A DNA stretch of 64,000 nucleotides, from the IMG/VR virus record IMGVR_UViG_2541047879_000001. One strand, written 5' to 3'. Origin of the DNA: a virus. Lineage: Duplodnaviria; Heunggongvirae; Uroviricota; Caudoviricetes. The notes under the pieces are model-generated. The model saw nothing but the letters and a program-made list of their open reading frames with translations, searched no databases and was not told the DNA's origin. Shown in pieces: positions 50,801 through 59,939 of the stretch; position 1 is the stretch's first letter; the number at the start of each line of letters is the position of its first letter. The position numbers were made by a program, and so were the translations under genes.

Positions 50801-51514
50801 ATATCCTTCTTACACCCTAACGTGATCATAAAATTGTCTTAAAGTTAAGTTTAAAGCTAAAAAGTCACAGCTCATTCCAACTCGTGAGCAATAGGAATGT
50901 ATATTCAATCAGTTAGAGGATCAACCCGATTTTCTCTAATGAGATTTCGCAACGCAGTACGAACAGCAGCTACTTCTGCCATCTCATTAACAACCACACT
51001 GGACTACAATCCCCTAAGTTCTACAGACTGTAACCATATCCTCTTCACAGAAATAATCTGATTAATGCTGAAGGTCATCTTTCTCGACGCGAATGTATGA
51101 CATAACAACCTCAGTTAATTATCTTTCGATAGAAAAATACCTTCACAAAAGGTTTAAGCAACCCATCACAAGACAACACGCTAAGCTTGCCTTGTAAGCG
51201 TCCTGCTTAACCGAACAGTTCGCTTTCAGAGGATCTCCGGAGAACAGCTCCGATGCCTTATAAGGCCAATGCTCGCTCCTCGCTCACTGCGGACCTAAGG
51301 TTTGGTCAGCTTGTTCGCACTCTGCCAAAAGCGGGAGTTACTCCCATTCGGTGTTAATCAATGTAGAGCAGATCAATCAACGACAAAGAAAATGAGAGGC
51401 ATATCACTACTCATATGAAAATTATTGTAGTAAAGTGAGCCGTAAGTTCATCATTTATAAATCATATAGCATATATGTTATATCAATTTTAATTTAAATG
51501 GCAGAATAATTACC

Positions 51515-52219
51515 ATGGAAAAAATTAAAACTCCTTGTCCATATTGTAAAGGTGAAAAAAATTGCCACATAATAGGCCATAAAAAAAGAGAATGGAGTGA
51601 GGATGATGGGGGCAACTATTTTTGGGCTGAAAGTGAATACAAATTATTAGAGTGTATGGGGTGCGACGGAATATTTACATATATTAAATCCCGTCACAGT
51701 GAAGATTACGACATTGAAAGAGATGAGTCAGGCTATGATTGTATGGTATATAACTATCATATATCAACATATCCCACTCAAGAGCAAGAAGAGATTAGAC
51801 CAACTTGGTTTGGTGAGACATTAAACAAAGATCGTCAGCTGTATGTAATAATGAACGAAATGTACATCGCATTTCAAAATAAATCATTCATTTTAGCGGC
51901 GATTGGACTTAGAACTATTTTTGACAGAACAGTTGAGGTTCTAAATATTCATCCAGGATATACATTAGGCCAGAAGGTTGACATTCTTAAAGAGGAAGGT
52001 TTTATTGGGGAAACAGAAAGGAGCCAACTTAAAATTGTAACCGAAGCTGGCAACTCAGCTGCACACAGGACATGGGCACCGAACGAAACTGAATTTAAAT
52101 CGCTTTTGGTAATTATAGAAAATTTTGTAATGCGAACAATACTAAAAAATGAGGATATATTTAAGATTACAGAAAAATTACCTGCGAAATATCCAAGACC
52201 TCCCAAAAAGCAAGAATAA
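51515..52219 (+). CDS. Zinc-ribbon plus DUF4145-like (HEPN-like?) protein; candidate abortive-infection effector
   Basis: N-terminal CPYC...(36 aa)...CMGC four-Cys ribbon; C-terminal AAIGLRTIFDRTVEVL...AGNSAAHRTW region recalled as DUF4145-like; weak RBS. Confidence 0.5.
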   Translation: MEKIKTPCPYCKGEKNCHIIGHKKREWSEDDGGNYFWAESEYKLLECMGCDGIFTYIKSRHSEDYDIERDESGYDCMVYNYHISTYPTQEQEEIRPTWFGETLNKDRQLYVIMNEMYIAFQNKSFILAAIGLRTIFDRTVEVLNIHPGYTLGQKVDILKEEGFIGETERSQLKIVTEAGNSAAHRTWAPNETEFKSLLVIIENFVMRTILKNEDIFKITEKLPAKYPRPPKKQE

Positions 52220-52657
52220 TGTACGTAAGTGTAAATAGAGCTAAGAGATTATATATTGACTCTGGTTATCTCTATTAGCACATGCTTTTTGTAATGCCTT
52301 AACTGATTATTTAAACTCCTGTCAGCTTTTCGCTCAAAGCGGACTAAAGTGTTGGCTTGTGACTGACTTAGCGCATTTAAGGAAGTGGTGGTGGTGACGG
52401 GGTGTTGTGTCCCATTTCCACAGAATAAATCAGAGAAACTATAGCGGCTGTAATGGCAATCTATGGTCTTGCTATTGCTCTTATGGATCACCTTTCTGAT
52501 TGATTTCATATTGGCGAGGTAACGGGAGTTAAGTAGAATAGCTGCGGGTGCTTGAGGCTGTCTGCCTCGGGCATGAACACCAAAGGCAGATAGAGAAAAG
52601 CCCCAGTTAACATTACGCGTCCGGCAAGACGCTTAACATTAATCTGAGGCCACATCT

Positions 52658-52906
52658 ATGCTTTGCATACGTAGATTAGCCTCTTACCGACCAAAAGGTC
52701 AAGGAGAAGCAGGCTATGAAGCAGCAAAAGGCGATGTTAATCACCCTGATCGTCATCTGTTTAACCGTTATAGTGACGGTACTGGTAACGAGGAAAGACC
52801 TCTGCGAGGTACGAATCCGAACCGACCAGACGGAGGTCGCTGTCTTCACAGCTTACGAACTTGGGGAGTAAGAGGACCAGCGGGGAGAAATCCCCGCAAC
52901 CTCTGA
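52658..52906 (+). CDS. Possible mok-like overlapping reading frame of the hok locus
   Basis: ORF starting 58 nt upstream of hok and overlapping it in another frame, as in hok/sok/mok loci; positional inference. Confidence 0.3.
   Translation: MLCIRRLASYRPKGQGEAGYEAAKGDVNHPDRHLFNRYSDGTGNEERPLRGTNPNRPDGGRCLHSLRTWGVRGPAGRNPRNL
52716..52871 (+). CDS. hok: Hok-family membrane toxin (HokD/RelF-like), type I toxin
   Basis: 51-aa ORF MKQQKAMLITLIVICLTVIVTVLVTRKDLCEVRIRTDQTEVAVFTAYELGE found by reading (below track cutoff). Confidence 0.8.
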   Translation: MKQQKAMLITLIVICLTVIVTVLVTRKDLCEVRIRTDQTEVAVFTAYELGE

Positions 52907-53334
52907 TGTATTATGCATCCTCAACGCAGCCACAGTTAACCTGATTGGCGGGTTTACTTCATCTGTAAATATTTTTATAAAAATAATGCCCACGCACAGC
53001 ATAAAACAAAAAGTATTACAGATAAAAAAGGAACGTAATGTACAGATTTGTTGTTTTCCATATTTACTCACCTTAATATGATTAACCCTGATAGGGCTGT
53101 TATTTCAGCGGTTTTCAAATGAGATATTATGGTGATCTGACAAATTTGCATAACATTAAAATTTAATTTGTTTAACCGCTTTTAATAATAAGCGTTGTTT
53201 GTATCCCAGCAATCTGTTGTTTGGTTTTTATTCCATTAAGGTGGGGGCTTTACACTGGAACCAGTTTATTTATACTTTATACGTCAGCCTGAACAACTGG
53301 CATCTGCTGCACTGCGCCATCGAGAGATTGAGAA

Positions 53335-53934
53335 ATGGCGCATATACAACTGGTCAAACAAACTTCTTCTGGTTTACTTCTCCCGGCGACGCCGGAGAGT
53401 TGCGATTTTCTGCATCAAATCAAAATAGGTGAGTGGATACACGCAGACTTTAAGCGTGTGCGTAACTACGCATTCCACAAGCGTTTTTTCAAACTCCTGC
53501 AACTGGGATTCGATTACTGGACTCCGGTCGGTGGGGCGATCACGCCTCGCGAACGAGAACTGCTGTCTGGTTTCGTTGATTACCTGTGCGAATCAGTTGG
53601 TCGGGAACACACGCCAGCCCTGAGTGATGCCGCAGAGCAATACCTTAACACCGTTGCGACTCGTAGAACCCGGGATACGGCGTTGCTAAAGTCGTTTGAG
53701 GCTTTCCGCGAGTGGGTAACCATTCAGGCCGGATTTTACACCGAGCATATTTATCCGGACGGTAGCCGTGGGCGTCGGGCAAAATCCATCGCTTTTGCGA
53801 ATATGGACGAAGTCGAGTTTCAGCAGGTTTATAAATCTGTACTGAATGTGCTGTGGAACTGGATTCTGTTCCGTAAATTCTCCTCTCAGGAGGAAGTTGA
53901 AAATGTGGCCGCACAACTACTGGAGTTTGCGTAA
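53335..53934 (+). CDS. Lambdoid nin-region protein (DUF1367-like)
   Basis: 199-aa ORF translationally coupled to the next two genes upstream of Q; family recalled. Confidence 0.5.
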   Translation: MAHIQLVKQTSSGLLLPATPESCDFLHQIKIGEWIHADFKRVRNYAFHKRFFKLLQLGFDYWTPVGGAITPRERELLSGFVDYLCESVGREHTPALSDAAEQYLNTVATRRTRDTALLKSFEAFREWVTIQAGFYTEHIYPDGSRGRRAKSIAFANMDEVEFQQVYKSVLNVLWNWILFRKFSSQEEVENVAAQLLEFA

Positions 53935-54224
53935 TGGTGAATTTACGTAAAGCGGCTAAAGGCCAGATGTGCCAGATCAGAATCCCTGGCTACTGCAATC
54001 ACAATCCCGAAACCTCTGTGCTGGCGCATTACAGGCTGGCGGGGACGTGCGGAACAGCGACAAAACCACACGATATGCAGGCGGCGATAGCCTGTAGCTC
54101 ATGCCACGATCTAATCGACGGGCGGGTAAAAACCAGCGATTACACCAAAGAAGAATTGCGCCTGATGCATGCTGAAGGGGTTTTTCGCACACAAGAAATC
54201 TGGAGAAAGAAAGGTCATTTATGA
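53934..54224 (+). CDS. Small Cys-rich nin-region protein (YbcO-like)
   Basis: 96 aa with CQIRIPGYCNH ... CSSCH cysteines; position just upstream of Q. Confidence 0.5.
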   Translation: MVNLRKAAKGQMCQIRIPGYCNHNPETSVLAHYRLAGTCGTATKPHDMQAAIACSSCHDLIDGRVKTSDYTKEELRLMHAEGVFRTQEIWRKKGHL

Positions 54225-54763
54225 TTTACCCAACGAATACAGGAAAAAGCGGAGAACACCTTCGCCTCACCACGCTGGAAAGTGTCTGGATTCAGGGAAA
54301 ACTACGTATGTGGGGGCGCTGGTCGTATATTGGCGGTGGCAGGTCAGGGAATATGTTCAATCAGTTGTTGGCATCCAAAAAACTGACGAAAACAGCCATT
54401 AATGAAGCCCTGCGCAGAATGAAAAAAGCGGGAATAGAGAAAGCTGAGCTGGAAGCGTTTTTGCGAGAGATGATCAACGGCAAGCAAAAGAGCTGGCTGG
54501 CGCATTGTACTGATGCAGAGGCGTTATGTATTGATCGAGTCATAAGTGAGGTGCTGGCAGAGCATCCAGGATTGATTTGCATTCTCCGGCAACGCTATGA
54601 AGGGCGGGGGATGACTAAGCGCAAAATGGCTGAATTGCTAAATGATGCACACCCAGAGTGGTGTTTTAGCACATGCGAAAAACGGATTGCTAATTGGTTA
54701 GCTGTTGCTGAGTATGCCCTATATATTCCCATGCGTGAATCATTTGCTGAGAAAATGGCTTGA
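54221..54763 (+). CDS. Late-gene antiterminator Q (phage 21/82 type)
   Basis: 180-aa protein immediately upstream of terminator hairpin and lysis cassette; C-terminal sigma-region-4-like HTH (LRQRYEGRGMTKRKMAELL). Confidence 0.6.
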   Translation: MIYPTNTGKSGEHLRLTTLESVWIQGKLRMWGRWSYIGGGRSGNMFNQLLASKKLTKTAINEALRRMKKAGIEKAELEAFLREMINGKQKSWLAHCTDAEALCIDRVISEVLAEHPGLICILRQRYEGRGMTKRKMAELLNDAHPEWCFSTCEKRIANWLAVAEYALYIPMRESFAEKMA

Positions 54764-54845
54764 TTTCTTACGTATAAACTGCTTCAATTTTGCTATGCTT
54801 CGCAAAGCTGTATCGCGAGGCGGATTGCAGACATGGACATCGTAA

Positions 54846-54870
54846 AAAAACCGCTTAATGCGGTTTTTTT
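54846..54870 (+). terminator. Intrinsic terminator hairpin (tR'-like), potentially bidirectional
   Basis: aaaaaccgc-ttaat-gcggttttttt; A-run on one side and T-run on the other. Confidence 0.55.
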
Positions 54871-55807
54871 ACGTCAGGAAAGCAGGGGAGAATGCTGCTA
54901 GTTGGGCAACTGGTCTTTCTGCTCCAAATTATAACAGAGACCAGTTATAGTTTCGGTGCTGTGTTTTTTTTACAATATTGTGATAACACATTGCTGGCGG
55001 GAGTTTTGATATTTCTTGGCAGGGGCTGATGATGCGTTATCCTGATGTCGTCAACTCATATAAAATGAGATGAGAGATCATTGCAGGGTGGTTTGTAATT
55101 CGCTGTTTAGCGGGACAATATGTTGTCTGATACAAGACACCCGACGCCTCAGATTACTATAATAAAGACGAAGCATCCTTTGTATTGACCAACCGCCTGT
55201 TTAGGCGGTTCTTTTTGGGCTGGTTTATTGTATGCCAAATGATTATTAAAAAGGTTGTGTTAATAACAAAACCCGAAATAATATGCCTGCATATTTTTAT
55301 CTTGCTTATATTCTGCATATTGTGCATAGCAGGCTCATCCCTGCAATCAAAACTGTATGATGAGTATTTTTTGTTTTCCTTTTTTCCAGTCATCTGATGA
55401 TGACCTGCTTCTTTTTAATCCGGATCGACATCAGTTTTTTAAGATAATTCCTGCGAGTTATATGCATAAATACCACAAACTCCGCATTTTATGTGGTTGG
55501 GAGTTGCCGGGCGCGCAGTGAGTTTGCTAAGAAAACTCCTGCATGGTGAATCCCCCTGTGCGGTGGGGTGATACCATTAACCTTTTCTGTCGCCGACAGG
55601 TATCACGAACATTTTGTTCACCGGGAGGCACCCGGCACCATGCACTTCAATAGATTCTCTCCACATTATGGATATTCTTTCAGAATATCCCACGCAGACT
55701 TTGTGTAAATGTTAACAAATGTGCGTTTTATTTGATCTGATTCGCTGTTTGAGCGTCCAAAACAACGGTATATATAATCCTTTACTATATGACATATGTG
55801 AGGAAAA

Positions 55808-56236
55808 ATGGGTTTTCGTAGCGCATCAATTCTTACGTTGATTATTAGTGGGATTATTATCGGGTGCACTGATGCTGTATCGACAAATTATCATGACCGT
55901 ACATCATATTACTCCGATAAAGCAATAGAGACACAGTATGTGAGTTCATCTGAACGTACTTCTGATGTTAGTGAGGATATCCGTCTGTATGCCCATCAAA
56001 TCAAGAGCGCCATCGAAAAACAGTTCGGGGATGCGAGTAAGTATTCAGGAAAAGAGTGTACACTGAGAATGCATATGGCCCCGAATGGCCTTCTACTGGA
56101 GGTTAAAAGAGAAAGTGGAGACCTCGATTTATGTCGTGAAGCGATGAATGCGATAAAGAATGCTGATATACCTGCCCCCCCTTCGCCGGAAGTATATAAA
56201 GTATTTCAAAATGGGGTGCTGGATTTTAAACCCTGA
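55808..56236 (+). CDS. Lipoprotein with TolA C-terminal (domain III)-like fold
   Basis: Lipobox IIGC; C-terminal YAHQIKSAIEKQFGDASKYSGKECTLRMHMAPNGLLLEVKRESGDLDLCREAMNAIKNADIPAPPSPEVYKVFQNGVLDFKP aligns with E. coli TolA domain III. Confidence 0.7.
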   Translation: MGFRSASILTLIISGIIIGCTDAVSTNYHDRTSYYSDKAIETQYVSSSERTSDVSEDIRLYAHQIKSAIEKQFGDASKYSGKECTLRMHMAPNGLLLEVKRESGDLDLCREAMNAIKNADIPAPPSPEVYKVFQNGVLDFKP

Positions 56237-56386
56237 TATTTATTGTTTTGTAATAAACGGTTTCGGCTTAGGTTTGTTCTGACACAGCTACGGCACTGAG
56301 CTAAATTTAGCGGATAGTCAGCTCTGAGCCAGTGGCGGACGTAACAACTACTATTGCTGAGATTTTAATGGATTGAGGAGCAAGAA

Positions 56387-56782
56387 GTGGGATTAAAGAA
56401 AATCGTTATGTTGACTTTTTGGGTCGGTTTTGTTGCGGGATGCACACCTTTACACCCTTCAGATTGCCACAAAACTACTGCTACAGGTAGTTGCAGTTCA
56501 GGACGCTGGGATGATCAGGATGAATGGGGGGCGCAAGCGCGGGGAATCAGAGCTGCAATTAATGCCAAACTTGATGAGCCGCATAACTGGAAAGGGAAAA
56601 AATGCAGGTTGCATATGGAATTCTCTCAGGATGGCACGGCGTTAAAAATATCTACCAGTAACGGTGATAAAGCCTATTGCGAAGCGATAAAGTCCGCAGC
56701 TCATAAAGCCAAATTTCCGGCCTTCAACAATCCGGAAGTCTACAGAGATTTTCAGAAATCTGGCTTTGACATGCGAGGTTAG
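56387..56782 (+). CDS. Second TolA-domain-III-like lipoprotein (diverged paralogue)
   Basis: Lipobox VAGC; same GK.C.L.M....G..L......GD...C.A...A..KA.FP....PEVY..FQ pattern. Confidence 0.6.
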   Translation: MGLKKIVMLTFWVGFVAGCTPLHPSDCHKTTATGSCSSGRWDDQDEWGAQARGIRAAINAKLDEPHNWKGKKCRLHMEFSQDGTALKISTSNGDKAYCEAIKSAAHKAKFPAFNNPEVYRDFQKSGFDMRG

Positions 56783-57033
56783 CTCTTCAATTACTATATC
56801 TCATTCATAGCAAACTGACAGATTTGATGATGTTCTATATACGAAACCTGTGATGTCAAGTCTGAGCTAATACAAATAAACATAATATCAGAGAAATACA
56901 TTTTATTAGCTCGCTACGGCGAGCTTTTTATATTGCATCGTCTCCAGCATATATATCAATTAAGGCTCTGATTGATGTGTCTGAAAGCCTACACATAATA
57001 ACTATGCCATCCGTTCCGTGCGGAGGTGAGGCT

Positions 57034-57249
57034 ATGAAATCCATGGACAAAATTTCAACAGGCATTGCCTACGGCACCTCCGCAGGCAGTGCTGGCTACT
57101 GGTTTTTACAGTTGCTCGATAGAGTAACTCCGTCACAGTGGGCTGCAATCGGTGTGCTGGGTAGTCTGGTATTTGGCCTGCTGACGTACCTGACAAACCT
57201 TTATTTCAAGATTAAAGAAGATAAGCGCAAGGCTGCGAGAGGTGAATAA
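57034..57249 (+). CDS. Holin, phage-21 S-type pinholin with dual-start motif
   Basis: [26 protein letters not shown]... 71 aa; two in-frame starts (57034 and 57043); RBS ggaggtgag. Confidence 0.8.
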   Translation: MKSMDKISTGIAYGTSAGSAGYWFLQLLDRVTPSQWAAIGVLGSLVFGLLTYLTNLYFKIKEDKRKAARGE

Positions 57250-57746
57250 TGCCTCCATCATTACGAAAAGTCGTTGCTGCTGCTATTGGTGGCGGAGCAA
57301 TTGCTATAGCATCAGTGTTAATCACTGGCCCAAGTGGTAACGATGGTCTGGAAGGTGTCAGCTACATACCATACAAAGATATTGTTGGTGTATGGACTGT
57401 ATGTCACGGGCATACAGGAAAAGACATCATGCTCGGTAAAACGTATACCAAAGCAGAATGCAAAACACTCTTGAATAAAGACCTTGCCACGGTCGCCAGA
57501 CAAATTAACCCGTACATCAAAGTCGATATACCGGAAACAACGCGCGGCGCTCTTTACTCATTCGTTTACAACGTGGGTGCTGGCAATTTCAGAACATCGA
57601 CGCTTCTTCGCAAAATAAACCAGGGCGATATCAAAGGCGCATGTGATCAGCTACGTCGCTGGACATATGCTGGCGGTAAGCAATGGAAAGGTCTCATGAC
57701 TCGTCGTGAGATTGAGCGTGAAATCTGTTTGTGGGGTCAGCAATGA
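57249..57746 (+). CDS. SAR endolysin (phage-21 R-type lysozyme)
   Basis: N-terminal signal-anchor [17 protein letters not shown] then lysozyme domain; TAATG overlap with holin stop. Confidence 0.85.
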   Translation: MPPSLRKVVAAAIGGGAIAIASVLITGPSGNDGLEGVSYIPYKDIVGVWTVCHGHTGKDIMLGKTYTKAECKTLLNKDLATVARQINPYIKVDIPETTRGALYSFVYNVGAGNFRTSTLLRKINQGDIKGACDQLRRWTYAGGKQWKGLMTRREIEREICLWGQQ

Positions 57747-58207
57747 ACAGAGTAACCGCGATTATCTCCGCTCTGGTTATCTGCATCGTCGTCTGCCTGT
57801 CATGGGGTGTTAATCATTACCGTGATAACGCCATCGCCTACAAAGAACAGCGCGACAAAAATGCCAGAGAACTGAAGCTGGCGAACGCGGCAATTACTGA
57901 CATGCAGATGCGTCAGCGTGATGTTGCTGCGCTCGATGCAAAATACACGAAGGAGTTAGCTGATGCGAAAGCTGAAAATGATGTTCTGCGTGATGATGTT
58001 GCCGCTGGTCGTCGTCGGTTGCACATCAAAGCAGTCTGTCAGTCAGTGCGTGAAGCCACCACCGCCTCCGGCGTGGATAATGCAGCCTCCCCCCGACTGG
58101 CAGACACCGCTGAACGGGATTATTTCACCCTCCGGGAACGACTGGTAATGATGCAGGCCCAACTTGAAGGTGCTCAGCAATACATAACCGAGCAGTGTTT
58201 AAAGTAA
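57743..58207 (+). CDS. i-spanin Rz
   Basis: N-terminal TM helix then coiled coil; ATGA overlap with endolysin. Confidence 0.8.
   Translation: MNRVTAIISALVICIVVCLSWGVNHYRDNAIAYKEQRDKNARELKLANAAITDMQMRQRDVAALDAKYTKELADAKAENDVLRDDVAAGRRRLHIKAVCQSVREATTASGVDNAASPRLADTAERDYFTLRERLVMMQAQLEGAQQYITEQCLK
57963..58148 (+). CDS. o-spanin Rz1 (embedded in Rz, +1 frame)
   Basis: 61-aa lipoprotein, lipobox VVGC, proline-rich mature part, fully nested within Rz. Confidence 0.8.
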   Translation: MRKLKMMFCVMMLPLVVVGCTSKQSVSQCVKPPPPPAWIMQPPPDWQTPLNGIISPSGNDW

Positions 58208-58344
58208 AATCTTAACTACAATATGATTCATTTTGATGATTGTTTCATAAGGAACAGTGAAGTAAGATCTAAGAGGAGTTAAATTTTATACAGTATAATC
58301 ATAATATTGCAGCAAGGTGGTTATAATTGAAAGAATATTTAGAT

Positions 58345-59802
58345 ATGAATACATCTCATGTAAGAGTTGTTACTCATATGTGTGGGTTCCTGGTTTGGCT
58401 CTATAGTCTTTCAATGTTGCCACCAATGGTTGTAGCATTGTTTTATAAAGAAAAAAGCCTGTTCGTTTTCTTTATAACTTTCGTTATATTTTTTTGCATT
58501 GGTGGCGGAGCGTGGTATACAACTAAGAAATCTGGCATTCAATTACGTACCCGTGATGGGTTTATTATAATTGTAATGTTTTGGATTTTGTTTTCTGTTA
58601 TTAGTGCATTCCCTTTATGGATTGACTCAGAACTTAATTTAACGTTCATTGATGCTCTGTTTGAAGGGGTTTCTGGAATAACAACAACAGGAGCAACTGT
58701 AATTGATGATGTTAGTTCATTACCTCGGGCATATTTGTACTATCGGTCACAGTTAAATTTTATAGGTGGTTTAGGAGTTATTGTTCTGGCGGTTGCTGTA
58801 TTGCCATTATTGGGTATTGGTGGTGCAAAGCTTTATCAGTCAGAAATGCCGGGGCCATTTAAGGATGACAAACTCACTCCCCGCCTGGCCGATACGTCAC
58901 GGACACTGTGGATAACTTATTCTTTATTAGGTATTGCTTGTATTGTCTGTTATAGACTTGCAGGAATGCCTTTGTTTGATGCTATTTGTCACGGGATTTC
59001 CACAGTTTCGCTTGGTGGTTTCTCAACTCATAGCGAGAGTATCGGATATTTTAATAACTATTTGGTTGAGCTGGTGGCTGGTTCTTTTTCCCTGCTATCG
59101 GCTTTCAACTTCACTCTTTGGTATATTGTTATTAGCAGGAAAACGATAAAACCTTTAATCAGAGATATTGAACTTCGTTTCTTTCTGTTAATAGCCTTAG
59201 GGGTGATCATTGTTACCTCTTTCCAGGTCTGGCATATAGGTATGTATGACTTGCATGGAAGTTTTATTCATTCGTTTTTTCTTGCCAGCTCCATGCTCAC
59301 TGATAATGGTTTAGCTACGCAGGATTATGCAAGTTGGCCCACGCACACGATAGTGTTTTTGCTGTTGTCAAGTTTCTTTGGGGGATGTATAGGTTCAACT
59401 TGTGGTGGAATTAAGTCACTTCGATTTCTTATACTTTTCAAACAAAGCAAACACGAGATAAATCAGCTTTCTCATCCCAGAGCGTTGTTGAGTGTAAATG
59501 TAGGAGGGAAGATAGTTACAGATCGTGTAATGAGGTCTGTATGGAGTTTCTTTTTTCTTTATACTCTCTTCACGGTGTTTTTTATACTGGTGTTAAATGG
59601 TATGGGATATGATTTTCTTACATCATTTGCAACAGTGGCTGCATGTATTAATAATATGGGATTAGGTTTTGGGGCTACTGCATCGTCATTCGGAGTGCTT
59701 AATGACATTGCAAAATGTTTAATGTGCATAGCTATGATTCTTGGTCGCCTTGAAATTTATCCTGTTATTATATTGTTTTCAGGTTTTTTTTGGCGCTCCT
59801 AA
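58345..59802 (+). CDS. trkG: Potassium uptake protein TrkG (TrkH family)
   Basis: Polytopic membrane protein with repeated GGxGG-type selectivity-filter-like segments; AT-rich; Rac location. Confidence 0.85.
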   Translation: MNTSHVRVVTHMCGFLVWLYSLSMLPPMVVALFYKEKSLFVFFITFVIFFCIGGGAWYTTKKSGIQLRTRDGFIIIVMFWILFSVISAFPLWIDSELNLTFIDALFEGVSGITTTGATVIDDVSSLPRAYLYYRSQLNFIGGLGVIVLAVAVLPLLGIGGAKLYQSEMPGPFKDDKLTPRLADTSRTLWITYSLLGIACIVCYRLAGMPLFDAICHGISTVSLGGFSTHSESIGYFNNYLVELVAGSFSLLSAFNFTLWYIVISRKTIKPLIRDIELRFFLLIALGVIIVTSFQVWHIGMYDLHGSFIHSFFLASSMLTDNGLATQDYASWPTHTIVFLLLSSFFGGCIGSTCGGIKSLRFLILFKQSKHEINQLSHPRALLSVNVGGKIVTDRVMRSVWSFFFLYTLFTVFFILVLNGMGYDFLTSFATVAACINNMGLGFGATASSFGVLNDIAKCLMCIAMILGRLEIYPVIILFSGFFWRS

Positions 59803-59939
59803 TATATGGCTGATTTATAATTGTGAGTTTAATATTATGTTGACTCACTCATTGATCCAATACCTAACTTTACCAGCAACCCCTCCGTCCCCAGTAGCAC
59901 TGGCTGCTGGGGTGCGTTTTATTCATAAAGCAAGGCTGT

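Noticed and set aside
51180-51360. Retron-type ncRNA (msr/msd) hypothesis for the GC-richer structured patch
   Set aside because: No reverse transcriptase gene anywhere nearby; palindromes are short. Retained only as unexplained structure in the findings.
52249-52509. Minus-strand 86-aa ORF upstream of hok
   Set aside because: Lies in the expected hok leader/regulatory region, has no recognisable family and no RBS; more likely non-coding.
54762-54845. Precise late promoter pR' and qut site assignment
   Set aside because: Q gene and downstream terminator imply a pR' here, but I could not identify a convincing -35/-10 pair with proper spacing by eye; left unannotated.
55157-55397. Small hydrophobic ORFs (70-78 aa, both strands) in the AT-rich gap between Q/terminator and the TolA-like genes
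   Set aside because: Alternative start codons, overlap a hairpin (ccgcctgtttaggcgg), and hydrophobic translations are expected from AT-rich DNA; kept only as a low-probability small membrane peptide.
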